Made by a program: the position numbers and the translations under genes. This document shows, piece after piece, positions 47,732-57,214 of a stretch of DNA of 64,000 nucleotides (its first letter is position 1; each line of letters opens with the position of its first letter). Below the pieces are notes generated by a model. It saw only the letters and a program-made list of their open reading frames with translations. It had not been told where the DNA came from and searched no databases. The DNA lies in the NCBI GenBank assembly GCA_964629325.1, contig CAZVSC010000001.1, forward strand, positions 74,083-138,082. Reading direction: 5' to 3'. This DNA comes from an uncultured Enterobacteriaceae bacterium (GTDB lineage Bacteria; Pseudomonadota; Gammaproteobacteria; Pseudomonadales; Pseudohongiellaceae).

Positions 47732-49933
47732 ATGACAGCACGCGTTTTCCGGCAGATCTCCAAGTCAGTACTGATCCTGGGGTTCACTTATATCCTTGGT
47801 TTCGGCAGCCTGCGAGCGCAGCAGCCGCTGTACCTGCCCGCGGACATACCGCTGGATGTGCAGGCGATCTACCAGGAACTGCTGCCCGAAGCAGACTATG
47901 GCAACATAACCAAACGCATCATCGACCACCTCGTTCAAAACCATTATTCCGAAATCAATTTCAACGATGATTTCTCCGGCAAACTGCTGGATAGTTTCAT
48001 CAAAAGCCTGGACGGCTCGAAAACATATTTCACCCAGGCGGATATCGATGAGTTTGAGTCCTACCGGACCCGCCTGGACGATCTGCTGACCGAGGGCGAT
48101 GTCGATTTTGGCTACCTCATTTTCAACCGCTACCGCCAGCGCCTGATGGAAAGGCTGGTGTTTTCACTGAAGCGTCTTGAAGAAGATCCCGCCGACTTCG
48201 ATTTCACCGAAGATGAATACCTGATCGTTGACCGTTCCGAGGAACCCTGGCCGGCGGATGAAGCCGCGCTCGAGGAACTCTGGCGCAAGCGCATCAAGAG
48301 CAATGTCCTGTCCATGAAACTCGATGACGAGGAAATGGACATGCTGGAAATCCGCGAGGAACTCAGCGACCGCTTCCGTTCGCAGTTGAGCCAGGTTCTT
48401 AAAACCAACGGCCTTGACGTTTACCAGCGCTACATGGATGCCATGACCATGACCTTCGATCCGCACACGCAGTACTACGCGCCACGTGCGGCCGAAAATT
48501 TCAACATGAGCATGCGCCTTTCCCTTGAAGGTATTGGTGCGGTACTGACAACCGAGGATGAATACACCAAGGTCGTCAGTATTGTCAGCGGCGGTCCCGC
48601 CGATATGGGTGGTGAGTTGCAGCCGTCCGACCGCATCGTTGCCGTTGCGCAGGGTGACGAACCCTACGTCGACGTCGTGGGCTGGCGAGTCGATGACGTT
48701 GTCCAGCTTATTCGGGGCGAAAAAGGCACTGTGGTCAGGCTGAACGTGATCCCCGCTTCTTCTGACGCCGGTCTGGAAAGAAAGGAAATCAGCATCACCC
48801 GCGATACGGTCAAGCTCGAAGAGCAGTCTGCCCGCAAGGAAGTCGTGGAGGTTCAGCACAACGGTGAAATTCATAAAATCGGTGTGATCGAGCTGCCCAC
48901 GTTCTATATCGATTTCGAGGCGCTGCAGCGTCGCGATCCAAACTATCGCAGCAGCACGCGTGATGTACGCAACCTGCTCGAAGAGCTGAAAGCTGAAAAC
49001 GTGGATGCCGTGGTCGTGGACCTGCGTCGCAACGGCGGCGGCTCGCTCACCGAAGCCAATTCCCTGGTTGGCCTGTTTATCCGCCGCGGCCCGACCGTAC
49101 AGGTGCGCGATGCTGACGGCAACAATATCGTGCAGGGTGATTCGGATCCCGAAGTGGTCTATGACGGCCCCCTTGCCGTTCTCGTCAATCGCCTGAGCGC
49201 TTCGGCTTCGGAAATCTTTGCCGGTGCCATCCAGGATTACCAGCGCGGACTGGTTCTTGGCAGCCAGACTTTCGGCAAGGGCACAGTCCAGGAACTGGTT
49301 GGTCTCGGCGAAGGCCAGATGAAGATCACGCGCGCCAAGTTTTACCGGATTTCAGGTGAAAGCACACAGCACAAAGGGGTCACGCCGGACATCAAGTTCC
49401 CCGACCTCTACGATACAGCGGAAGATATCGGTGAAAGCGCCCTGCCCACCGCCCTGCCCTGGGACACCATCGATCCCAATTATTATCGACCCTATTCCGA
49501 CCTGAAATCGGTGCTGCCTACCCTGATCAGCAGGCATGATGAGCGTTTGAAGAGCGATCCCGATTTCAATTTCATCGAGGCGCAAATCAAGCGTGCCCAG
49601 GAAAACAAGGAAAAGAACCAGCTGACGCTGAACGAAGCGCAACTGATTGCGGAGCGCGAGGAAGCCGACCAGTGGCGCCTGCAGACATCCAACGCCCGTC
49701 GCGTTGCCAAAGGCGAGGCCCCGTGGGCCACTGTAGAGGAAATGGACGCCGAAAACGAAGACGATGAAGACGAGATCGTGTTGAACAATGCCGGCATCGA
49801 CCCCATCGAACGCGATGAGCGCATGGCCGAAGGTGACGAGAACGCCGACCCATACCTGGTGGAAAGCGGCAAGATCCTGCTGGACCTTATCGACCTGCAA
49901 CGCGAGGATGTGTCGCTGGCGTTCAGTCAGTGA
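47732..49933 (+). CDS. prc: Carboxy-terminal processing (tail-specific) protease, S41 family
   Basis: ATG at 47732 gives a signal peptide (MTARVFRQISKSVLILGFTYILGFGSLRAQQ). A PDZ region (GIGAVLT...VVSIVSGGPA) follows. The catalytic motifs are VLVNRLSASASEIFAGA and TFGKGTVQ. Confidence 0.92.
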   Translation: MTARVFRQISKSVLILGFTYILGFGSLRAQQPLYLPADIPLDVQAIYQELLPEADYGNITKRIIDHLVQNHYSEINFNDDFSGKLLDSFIKSLDGSKTYFTQADIDEFESYRTRLDDLLTEGDVDFGYLIFNRYRQRLMERLVFSLKRLEEDPADFDFTEDEYLIVDRSEEPWPADEAALEELWRKRIKSNVLSMKLDDEEMDMLEIREELSDRFRSQLSQVLKTNGLDVYQRYMDAMTMTFDPHTQYYAPRAAENFNMSMRLSLEGIGAVLTTEDEYTKVVSIVSGGPADMGGELQPSDRIVAVAQGDEPYVDVVGWRVDDVVQLIRGEKGTVVRLNVIPASSDAGLERKEISITRDTVKLEEQSARKEVVEVQHNGEIHKIGVIELPTFYIDFEALQRRDPNYRSSTRDVRNLLEELKAENVDAVVVDLRRNGGGSLTEANSLVGLFIRRGPTVQVRDADGNNIVQGDSDPEVVYDGPLAVLVNRLSASASEIFAGAIQDYQRGLVLGSQTFGKGTVQELVGLGEGQMKITRAKFYRISGESTQHKGVTPDIKFPDLYDTAEDIGESALPTALPWDTIDPNYYRPYSDLKSVLPTLISRHDERLKSDPDFNFIEAQIKRAQENKEKNQLTLNEAQLIAEREEADQWRLQTSNARRVAKGEAPWATVEEMDAENEDDEDEIVLNNAGIDPIERDERMAEGDENADPYLVESGKILLDLIDLQREDVSLAFSQ

Positions 49934-49950
49934 TGCTGGATCAAAAATGG

Positions 49951-49976
49951 AAAAGGCGCCAAGGGCGCCTTTTTTA
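49951..49976. terminator. Bidirectional rho-independent terminator (prc / tRNA-Ser)
   Basis: AAAAGGCGCC-AAG-GGCGCCTTTTTT, flanked by an A-run and a T-run. Confidence 0.8.
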
Positions 49977-49980
49977 TGTC

Positions 49981-50070
49981 TGGCGGAGGGGGTGAGATTC
50001 GAACTCACGGTAGGCTCTCACCTACGCCGGTTTTCAAGACCGGTGCATTCAACCGCTCTGCCACCCCTCC
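49981..50070 (-). tRNA. tRNA-Ser (anticodon UGA), class II with a long variable arm and encoded CCA
   Basis: The reverse complement is GGAGGGGTGGCAGAGCGGTTGAATGCACCGGTCTTGAAAACCGGCGTAGGTGAGAGCCTACCGTGAGTTCGAATCTCACCCCCTCCGCCA. The acceptor stem is GGAGGGG/CCCCTCC. The anticodon stem CCGGT/ACCGG encloses the loop CTTGAAA. The T-arm is GTGAG-TTCGAAT-CTCAC. Confidence 0.95.
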
Positions 50071-50267
50071 GGGAAAGGGGTGCATCTTACCCGAATCACC
50101 GCGCCAGTCAACCTGCCGGCCGGGCCGGATGCACACCCCGAAATTTCTTGCTTTTAAAGGCGGTCTAAGTATGATGAAAGCATTGATTTTCCGGGGATTA
50201 TCCCCATATCGTTAACCGGAAAAGCTGTTTTTTATCAAACACCAACTCGTGTAAACGGAGAGAAAGA

Positions 50268-50963
50268 ATGAGTGATTATGGTTTCAGGACAGAAGGTCAA
50301 TACGCTGTTGGCGGCAGAAGCCAGGAAGCGATACTGGCAACCAACAAGGTTCTGAAAAATACCTACCTGCTGCTGTCCATGACCTTGCTGTTCAGTGTTG
50401 TCACCGCCACCATCGGCATGGCTGTCATCCTGCCGCCGATGATGTACTGGGTACTGTTTTTTGTCAGCTTCGGCCTGCTGTTCTGGGTCAATGCCAGCGC
50501 CAATTCCTCCATGGGTATCGTGGCGGTCTTCGCATTCACCGGCCTGATGGGCTTTATCCTGGGCCCCATGCTTAACTTCTACCTCACGGCGTTACCCAAC
50601 GGTGGCATGATCGTTGCCCAGGCACTGGGCGGCACCGGCCTGATCTTCCTGACACTGTCAGGTTACGTACTGACAACCCGCAAGGACTTTTCGTTCATGC
50701 GCGGTTTCCTGATGACCGGCCTGATCGTGATCATCGTGGCCATGCTGGCAAATATCTTCTTCCAGATTCCCGCATTGTCACTGGCCATCTCAGCTGCGGC
50801 GGTCATGATTTTCTCCGGCCTGATCCTGTTTGATACCAGCCGCATCATTCACGGCGGGGAAACCAACTATATCCGTGCCACAGTGAGCCTGTACCTGGAC
50901 ATCTACAACCTGTTCGTCCACCTGCTCCACCTGCTGGCTGTATTGTCCGGCAACCGTGACTGA
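50268..50963 (+). CDS. Bax inhibitor-1 / YccA family membrane protein
   Basis: 231 aa with about 7 TM helices. It has NKVLKNTYLLLSMTL and the C-terminal LYLDIYNLFVHLLHLL, typical of the BI-1 family. Confidence 0.88.
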   Translation: MSDYGFRTEGQYAVGGRSQEAILATNKVLKNTYLLLSMTLLFSVVTATIGMAVILPPMMYWVLFFVSFGLLFWVNASANSSMGIVAVFAFTGLMGFILGPMLNFYLTALPNGGMIVAQALGGTGLIFLTLSGYVLTTRKDFSFMRGFLMTGLIVIIVAMLANIFFQIPALSLAISAAAVMIFSGLILFDTSRIIHGGETNYIRATVSLYLDIYNLFVHLLHLLAVLSGNRD

Positions 50964-50985
50964 ACCTCGGCGAAAAAAACCCGGG

Positions 50986-51018
50986 AAAGCCCTGCATGAC
51001 CTGTAGGGCTTTTTTGTT
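50986..51018 (+). terminator. Rho-independent terminator after the BI-1 gene
   Basis: AAAGCCCT-GCATGACCTGT-AGGGCTTT followed by TTTGTTT. It ends only about 7 nt before the tusD ATG. Confidence 0.6.
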
Positions 51019-51024
51019 TGGAAC

Positions 51025-51417
51025 ATGAAATTCTCCATTATCATCAATGGCGCCCCCTGGTCTTCCCCAGCCGCATTTTCCGCACTGAAATTTGCCGAAG
51101 CGGTTGTCGATGGCGGCCATGAAATCTACCGCCTGTTCTTTTTCCAGGACGGCGTGCACAACGGATCTGCTTTTGCGGTTGCGCCCCAGGATGAAGTCGA
51201 CATTCCGAAACGCTGGCATGCCTTGATCAGCGAACACGATCTGGATGCTGTTGTCTGTGCCGCCTCGGCGCTCAAACATGGCCTGCTGGATGCCGGCGAG
51301 GCCGCCAGATATGACCGGACAGGCCACAACCTGTTGCCCGGGTTCGACATCAGCGGTCTTGGCCAACTGGTGGACGCGCTCAACCAGGCAGATCGTGTCG
51401 TTACTTTTGTTACCTGA
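51025..51417 (+). CDS. tusD: Sulfurtransferase TusD / DsrE family
   Basis: 130 aa. It has MKFSIIINGAPWSS, FFFQDGV and the active-Cys region VVCAASALKHG. Confidence 0.85.
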   Translation: MKFSIIINGAPWSSPAAFSALKFAEAVVDGGHEIYRLFFFQDGVHNGSAFAVAPQDEVDIPKRWHALISEHDLDAVVCAASALKHGLLDAGEAARYDRTGHNLLPGFDISGLGQLVDALNQADRVVTFVT

Positions 51418-51426
51418 TATCCGCTC

Positions 51427-51792
51427 ATGTCCGATACCCGCTCCCTGTTAATTCTCTCATCCAGTGCGCCCTACGCCAGCCAGTCGGCGCGTGCCGCGCT
51501 GGATGTCGCCCTGACCGCCGCGGCCTTCGAGCAGGTCGTGCGCATGGTCTTTATCGACGCCGGCGTCCTGCAGTTGCAGCCCGGGCAGGACAATCGCAAA
51601 GACGGTCCCAAGAGTGTTGGTAAAATGATTCCCGCACTGGCATTGTACGAAGTGCAGGAAGTTTTCTTCCATGAAGATTCCGCCCGCCGTTTCAGTATCG
51701 ATGTTTCCGCGATGCCGGATTCGGTAACCGGCATCAATGACGCCGCATTGAGTGAACTGGTGCAGAAGGCCGACCAGGTAATGGTGTTCTGA
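51427..51792 (+). CDS. tusC: Sulfurtransferase TusC / DsrF family
   Basis: 121 aa with a DsrE/F-fold pattern (LILSSSAPYASQSARAALDVALTAAAFEQ). It is the middle gene of the triad. Confidence 0.8.
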   Translation: MSDTRSLLILSSSAPYASQSARAALDVALTAAAFEQVVRMVFIDAGVLQLQPGQDNRKDGPKSVGKMIPALALYEVQEVFFHEDSARRFSIDVSAMPDSVTGINDAALSELVQKADQVMVF

Positions 51793-52079
51793 TGATCCTG
51801 CATACGGTCAACAAGGTTGCCCCTTGCCTGGACAGGTGCATGGCGCTGGCGTCACCGGAAGATACGATTCTGTTGATAGAAGAAGCCGCCTATGCCGCCG
51901 CGGGAAGCGACTCCGCCAGGCGCTGGCAGGAATTCCCGGCGTACAACCTGTGTGTGCTGGAAGATGATTTGGCTGTCCGCGGCCTGTCCGCAACCATGCT
52001 GCCCGAATTCAGGGCCGTATCCTGGCAGGATTTTGTCGCGCTGGCCGCATCAGCCGACAAGATCATCAACTGGGGCTGA
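51792..52079 (+). CDS. tusB: Sulfurtransferase TusB / DsrH family
   Basis: 95 aa. It starts MILHTVNK and contains DTILLIEEAAYAA. Its start overlaps the tusC stop (TGATG). Confidence 0.8.
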   Translation: MILHTVNKVAPCLDRCMALASPEDTILLIEEAAYAAAGSDSARRWQEFPAYNLCVLEDDLAVRGLSATMLPEFRAVSWQDFVALAASADKIINWG

Positions 52080-52098
52080 TATACAGATTCTGTTTGCC

Positions 52099-52437
52099 AT
52101 GCCCGACTCGCTGCGAATTGCCGACAAGGATATCCACCTGGACAAGGAAGGCTATCTTGAAGATCTGGCCGACTGGACGCCGGAGGTTGCCGGTATCCTG
52201 GCTAGGCGGGAAAACATTTCCCTGACTCCCGCACATTGGGAAGTCATCGACCTGTTGCGCGAATTCCATGCCGAGCACGGCCTGTCGCCCATGATGCGTG
52301 TGCTGGTCAGACAGATGAAGTCCCGCTTTGGGGGCGACAAAGGCTCCAGCCTGTACTTGATGACGCTTTTTCCCGAGTATCCGGCGTTAATTGCCAGTAA
52401 AATAGCCGGCCTACCCAGGCCGACCAACTGCCCCTGA
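52099..52437 (+). CDS. tusE: TusE / DsrC family sulfur relay protein (single C-terminal Cys)
   Basis: ATG at 52099 gives MPDSLRIADKDIHLDKEGYLEDLADW...HWEVIDLLREFH...AGLPRPTNCP. Only the penultimate-region Cys is present. The second DsrC Cys, about 10 residues upstream, is absent. Confidence 0.8.
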   Translation: MPDSLRIADKDIHLDKEGYLEDLADWTPEVAGILARRENISLTPAHWEVIDLLREFHAEHGLSPMMRVLVRQMKSRFGGDKGSSLYLMTLFPEYPALIASKIAGLPRPTNCP

Positions 52438-52445
52438 TACCTGCA

Positions 52446-53846
52446 TTGAATACTGAAGCGCCCAGGCAGGCTGGAAGTGTCCCCTACACACTGACAGCCC
52501 TGCCCTACGAACCGACACCGTATCCTTTATTCAAAAAGCTGCGGCACCTGCCCCTGCCGGTCCTCCTTGCCAGCGGCAACGACCGCTCCCGCAAGGACAC
52601 ACGTTTTGAATACCTTACCGCAGCACCCGATACGATTCTCAGGACATGCGATGGCACGACACAGGTAACCCAGCAAGGCACGACCGTCGACGTTGCGGGG
52701 AATCCATTGCAGGTCCTGGCGGACCACTTCCCGGTGGAATCCGTTTCCCATGCAAGTATCGACCTGCCATTCACTGGCGGCGCCATCGGCTATTTCGGAT
52801 ACGAACTGTTGCATGCTGAACATCGAATTACCGATCACCGGGACAGGGATATATCCCTGCCGGATATGCTGATCGGCATCTATTCCTGGGTTATTGTCAT
52901 CGATCATGAAAAGCAGGCAACCAGCCTGGTCATTCGGGACGCGTGCCCGGCATACACTCGCGACGCCATTGCGTCGGCCCTGGCCGGCACCGGCAGGGTT
53001 TCCGGCGGATTCGGACTGGACGGGGATTTCACGTCCAATTTCAGCCGCGATGCCTACCAGGCAGCCTACCGGCGCGTCATCGAGTACATCCTGTCCGGTG
53101 ACTGCTACCAGGTAAACCTGACCCAGCGCTTCACCGCTCCCTGTCACGGCGACCCCTATACCGCGTTCACACGTTTGCAGACGATTGCCAAGGCCCCGTT
53201 CGCGGCTTTCATGGAAGACGGTGACAGCGCGGTCCTGTCATTCTCTCCCGAGCGGTTTCTCCAGGTGAAAGATCGCCAGGTAATGACACAACCCATCAAG
53301 GGCACGCGGCCTCGCAATTCTGACCCCGCGATCGATCTCCGTAACAAGACGGAGCTGGAAGCCAGCCTCAAGGACCGCGCAGAAAACCTGATGATCGTGG
53401 ACTTGCTGCGCAACGACCTTGGCCGGGTCTGCAGTACCGGCAGTATCAATGTCACCGATCTTTTCGAGACCCAGAGTTTCACCAATGTGCACCACCTGGT
53501 CAGCACGATCACCGGTTCACTGGCTGATACCCGTGACGTTTTTGCCTTGCTGCAGGCGGGTTTTCCGGGGGGCTCCATTACAGGGACTCCCAAGATCCGG
53601 GCCATGGAAATCATCAATGAACTGGAAACCGTCATCCGCTCCGTGTATTGCGGAGCTTTTGCATGGATCGACTTCGGCGGCAACATGGACAGCAATATCT
53701 GCATCCGCACGCTGGTCAAGGATGCGGAGCGCATCCATTGCTGGGGTGGCGGCGGTGTCGTGGCCGATTCGGTAGGCGAGCAGGAATACCAGGAAACCCT
53801 GGACAAGATATCCCTGTTCATGGACACCCTGAAGGCCGGGGTCTGA
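52446..53846 (+). CDS. pabB: Aminodeoxychorismate synthase component I (chorismate-binding enzyme)
   Basis: 466 aa. It has PIKGTRPR, NLMIVDLLRNDL, GGSITGTPKIRAMEII and CIRT motifs. PabB is preferred over TrpE on size and the absence of trp neighbours. The start codon (TTG) is uncertain. Confidence 0.72.
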   Translation: MNTEAPRQAGSVPYTLTALPYEPTPYPLFKKLRHLPLPVLLASGNDRSRKDTRFEYLTAAPDTILRTCDGTTQVTQQGTTVDVAGNPLQVLADHFPVESVSHASIDLPFTGGAIGYFGYELLHAEHRITDHRDRDISLPDMLIGIYSWVIVIDHEKQATSLVIRDACPAYTRDAIASALAGTGRVSGGFGLDGDFTSNFSRDAYQAAYRRVIEYILSGDCYQVNLTQRFTAPCHGDPYTAFTRLQTIAKAPFAAFMEDGDSAVLSFSPERFLQVKDRQVMTQPIKGTRPRNSDPAIDLRNKTELEASLKDRAENLMIVDLLRNDLGRVCSTGSINVTDLFETQSFTNVHHLVSTITGSLADTRDVFALLQAGFPGGSITGTPKIRAMEIINELETVIRSVYCGAFAWIDFGGNMDSNICIRTLVKDAERIHCWGGGGVVADSVGEQEYQETLDKISLFMDTLKAGV

Positions 53847-53856
53847 AGAGGTTCCA

Positions 53857-54444
53857 GTGGCCGAATTCTCGATCGCAACATTGCGCGAACTTGGCACCCG
53901 GCTCAACACCGAGCACACCCTTGAAGACTACCGTGAAGACCACCGCCTCGCCGCAGTCCTGATCCTGGCGTATCCGGATGACCGGGAACCCCATATCGTG
54001 CTGACAAGACGCACTCATCACCTGCCCAACCATGCCGGCCAGATCAGCTTTCCTGGCGGCAGTATCGAGGCCGGTGACCGGGACCCGGTGCATACTGCCC
54101 TGCGCGAAGCACGTGAGGAAATCAACCTCGATGACAATGATGTCGACGTGCTGGGCATCCTGGATGTGACGGTATTGCCGTCCGGTTTTGCCGTGGCACC
54201 GGTGCTTGCCGTGTCAGACAGGCAGCCGGCGCTGCAACCCAACCCGGACGAGGTGGCGGAAATCTTCTCCATTCCCCTGTCAATGATCAGCGACCTGACG
54301 CGCTACCGGCAGGACTTCCTGGAGCGGGACGGTGTGCGCAGGCAGTTCTACTACCTCAATTACGGGAAGTACTACATCTGGGGTGCAACGGCCAGGATGC
54401 TCAGGGATCTGGCCGGACTGTTGCGGGAAGACTCAGGGCGCTAG
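53857..54444 (+). CDS. Nudix hydrolase, CoA pyrophosphatase type (NudL-like)
   Basis: 195 aa with a GTG start. It has VLTRRTHHLPNHAGQISFPGG plus the Nudix box GGSIEAGDRDPVHTALREAREEINL. Confidence 0.8.
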   Translation: MAEFSIATLRELGTRLNTEHTLEDYREDHRLAAVLILAYPDDREPHIVLTRRTHHLPNHAGQISFPGGSIEAGDRDPVHTALREAREEINLDDNDVDVLGILDVTVLPSGFAVAPVLAVSDRQPALQPNPDEVAEIFSIPLSMISDLTRYRQDFLERDGVRRQFYYLNYGKYYIWGATARMLRDLAGLLREDSGR

Positions 54445-55050
54445 CGACCTGTTGCTGGCCTTGATGAATTCCTGTTTCAGGTCTTCGTAGCTGAATACTG
54501 CGGGAAACTGCGGAAACTCCCTGACCACGTTATCCGGCGCCATGAACAGGATGCCCTGGTCGGCCTCGCTCAGCATGGTCGTATCGTTGTAGGAATCGCC
54601 CGCGGCGATGACCCGGTATTTGAGGGCATGGAAAGCCTTCACCGACTGGCGCTTGGGATCCTTCTGGCGGATCTTGTAGTCGACCACCCTGCCGTCAGCG
54701 GCGATCTCCAGGCGATGGCACAGCAGCGTGGGAAACCCCAATTGCCGCATCAGGGGCTGGGAAAACTCGTAGAAGGTGTCCGAAAGAATCACCACCTGGA
54801 AGCGCTCCTTAAGCCAGTCGATGAAGTCGACCGCGCCGTCCAGTGGCGCCAAGGTGCTGATGACTTCCTGGATTTCATGAAAGCCGAGCTTGTGCTCGTC
54901 GAGCAGTCGCAGGCGCTGCTGCATGAGTTGGTCGTAGTCGGGAATATCCCGCGTGGTGGCGCGAAGGGCATCGATGCCGGTCTTCTCGGCAAAATTGATC
55001 CAGATTTCCGGGATAAGGACCCCTTCGAGGTCAAGACAGGCAATTTCCAA
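54433..55050 (-). CDS. thrH: Phosphoserine phosphatase / homoserine phosphotransferase ThrH (HAD family)
   Basis: The TTG at 55050 is preceded by AAGGAG. This gives (M)EIACLDLEGVLIPEIWINFAEKTGI..., 205 codons. The N-terminus and length match my memory of P. aeruginosa ThrH. Confidence 0.8.
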   Translation of the reverse strand: MEIACLDLEGVLIPEIWINFAEKTGIDALRATTRDIPDYDQLMQQRLRLLDEHKLGFHEIQEVISTLAPLDGAVDFIDWLKERFQVVILSDTFYEFSQPLMRQLGFPTLLCHRLEIAADGRVVDYKIRQKDPKRQSVKAFHALKYRVIAAGDSYNDTTMLSEADQGILFMAPDNVVREFPQFPAVFSYEDLKQEFIKASNRSLAP

Positions 55051-55384
55051 GACGATCTCCTTAAAAGGTACAGCAAGGCCGGATGGTAAAAAAAGCGCCA
55101 TTTTCCCTGTTTCGCACGGGGGGTGCAACGGAACTGCAAGACGCCTGGCCGCTGAACCACCATATCTGGTGACCAGCTTGTACGAAAACCACTATATTAT
55201 GGGTGTCACTGTGACCGCAGCATCCTAACTTGTTAATTTTAAAGAAGTTTTTCACGTGGAAAATCGCCTGAGCCGGATTTCAGCTTTAGTTCCTAAGTGC
55301 CTGTTCGAAATACCGATTTCATGAACATGACCAGCGTTGTACAATGCGGCTCTTGTTCAAAATCGAGCCACACCAGCCATTTTC

Positions 55385-56134
55385 ATGACTTTTCCCGTCG
55401 AACAGATCGATGCCCTGGCAATGGAGTATGCTGAAAAGGACCCGAAGGACCTGATCAGCCTGGCCCTGCAGGAATTTGACAAACTCGCGATCTCCTTCAG
55501 CGGCGCCGAGGACGTGGTACTGATCGAACTGGCCACCAAGGCTGCCAGGCAACTGGACAAGCCCGTCCATGTGTTTACGCTGGATACCGGACGCCTGCAT
55601 CCGGAAACTTACCACTTCATTGACCGCGTCCGGCAGCACTACGGCCTCACAATCGACATCCTGAGCCCGGATACCGCCACCCTGGAAGCCTTTGTACGTG
55701 AAAAAGGCCTGTTCAGCTTTTACCAGACGGACCACCACGAATGTTGTGGAATCCGCAAGATCGAACCGCTGAGGCGCAAACTGGCCACCCTCGATGCCTG
55801 GATCACCGGACAGCGTCGGGACCAGAGCCCCAGCACCCGTAACCAGGTTCCCGTGATGGAATTGGACCCCACCTTCGCCAAGGACCATGCCCTGGTCAAG
55901 TTCAATCCCCTGGCAAACTGGAGCTCGAAACAGGTCTGGGACTACATCCGGATGTTCGATGTGCCCTACAACCCCCTGCATGACCGCGGTTTCGTCAGCA
56001 TCGGTTGTGAACCCTGCACCCGTCCGGTGGGTCCGGGGCAGCACGAACGCGAGGGCCGCTGGTGGTGGGAAGAAGCCACCGCAAAGGAATGCGGCCTGCA
56101 CCAGGGCAATGTCATCGCCAGCGACGGCGACTAG
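55385..56134 (+). CDS. cysH: Assimilatory adenylyl-sulfate (APS) reductase, CysH family with Fe-S cysteines
   Basis: ATG at 55385. It has the PP-loop-like [10 protein letters not shown], Cys pairs HHECCGIRK and GCEPCT, and the catalytic KECGLH. Confidence 0.88.
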   Translation: MTFPVEQIDALAMEYAEKDPKDLISLALQEFDKLAISFSGAEDVVLIELATKAARQLDKPVHVFTLDTGRLHPETYHFIDRVRQHYGLTIDILSPDTATLEAFVREKGLFSFYQTDHHECCGIRKIEPLRRKLATLDAWITGQRRDQSPSTRNQVPVMELDPTFAKDHALVKFNPLANWSSKQVWDYIRMFDVPYNPLHDRGFVSIGCEPCTRPVGPGQHEREGRWWWEEATAKECGLHQGNVIASDGD

Positions 56135-56137
56135 CCC

Positions 56138-57109
56138 CTATTTCACGGGAATCTCGATATCCGCAAACAGCGTCTGCAGGGCTTCCCTGTCAGGACTTTG
56201 TACGGCCGCCTCAACCCGTTCGCGGGTCAGGTGCGGGGCGAACATTTCGATGAACTCGAGCATATAGCCACGCAGGAAGGAACCCCGCCGAAACCCGATG
56301 CTGGTGGTGCTGTATTCGAACAGGTGGCTGGCGTCCAGGCTCACCAGGTCCTCGTCCCGTTTCTCCACGGCCATGCTGGCCAGAATCCCGATCCCAAGCC
56401 CCAGGCGGACATAGGTCTTGATGACATCCGCATCCACGGCTGTGAACACCACGCGCGGCTCCAGGCGTGCCTTGCGGAAGGCCTCGTCCAGTTTGGAACG
56501 GCCGGTAAAACCATAAACATAGGTGACGATGGGATGGGCGGCGATATCGTTCAGTGTGAGCCGACTGACCTGGCACAGGGGATGGTCCCGCGGCACCAGG
56601 ATTGCCCGGTTCCAGTGGAAACAGGGCATCATGACAAGGTCGCTGAACAGCTCCAGGGCCTCCGTGGCAATGGCAAAGTCTGCTGTTCCGTCTGCTGCCA
56701 GTTCGGAGATCTGCATGGGCGAGCCCTGGTGCATGTGCAGGCTGACGTCCGGGTAGCGTTCGATGAAGGTCTTGATGACCTGGGGCAGTATGTAGCGCGA
56801 CTGGGTATGGGTGGTGGCAATGCCCAGGGAGCCGGCATTTTCAGCCGTATACTCCTGGGCAATGGCGCTGATCGCCTCCACCCGTTGCAGGATGTCGCGT
56901 GCCGCTGCCGCGATCTTCACGCCTGCCGGGGTGAGTTCACTCAGGTGCTTGCCATGACGGATGAACAGGTCGGTGCCCAGTTCCTCTTCCAGCGTCCGCA
57001 GCTGTTTGCTGACGCCCGGCTGGGAGGTGAACAGATTCTGTGCTGCCCGGCTGACATTGCAGTCCTGCCTGGCGACTTCCAGGAAGGAACGGAGTTGCTG
57101 GAGTTTCAT
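56138..57109 (-). CDS. cysB: LysR-family regulator CysB
   Basis: 323 aa. It starts MKLQQLRSFLEVARQDCNVSRAAQNLFTSQPGVSKQLRTLEEELG and has CysB-like length and C-terminus. It lies between cysH and a TauE/SafE exporter. Confidence 0.82.
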   Translation of the reverse strand: MKLQQLRSFLEVARQDCNVSRAAQNLFTSQPGVSKQLRTLEEELGTDLFIRHGKHLSELTPAGVKIAAAARDILQRVEAISAIAQEYTAENAGSLGIATTHTQSRYILPQVIKTFIERYPDVSLHMHQGSPMQISELAADGTADFAIATEALELFSDLVMMPCFHWNRAILVPRDHPLCQVSRLTLNDIAAHPIVTYVYGFTGRSKLDEAFRKARLEPRVVFTAVDADVIKTYVRLGLGIGILASMAVEKRDEDLVSLDASHLFEYSTTSIGFRRGSFLRGYMLEFIEMFAPHLTRERVEAAVQSPDREALQTLFADIEIPVK

Positions 57110-57214
57110 GGCCTGAATTTTATATAACTTTTAATTATAGAAATATAGCTAAATAGTATTTTTAAGAATAAAGAAGTTTGCGTACCCTGCACTTTTCTCC
57201 CAAGGCCCTTGCCC

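Noticed and set aside
50077-50139. An imperfect long-range inverted repeat, GGGGTGCATC ... GATGCACACCCC, just upstream of tRNA-Ser.
   Set aside because: It has a bulged, short stem with a loop of about 40 nt and no independent support. It could simply be tRNA promoter or leader sequence.
51025-52437. dsrEFH-dsrC as part of a dissimilatory sulfur-oxidation (Dsr) system.
   Set aside because: There are no dsrAB or dsrMKJOP genes nearby, and the DsrC-like protein has only one C-terminal Cys. The tRNA-thiolation Tus relay is the conservative reading, although the full genome would be needed to exclude a Dsr role.
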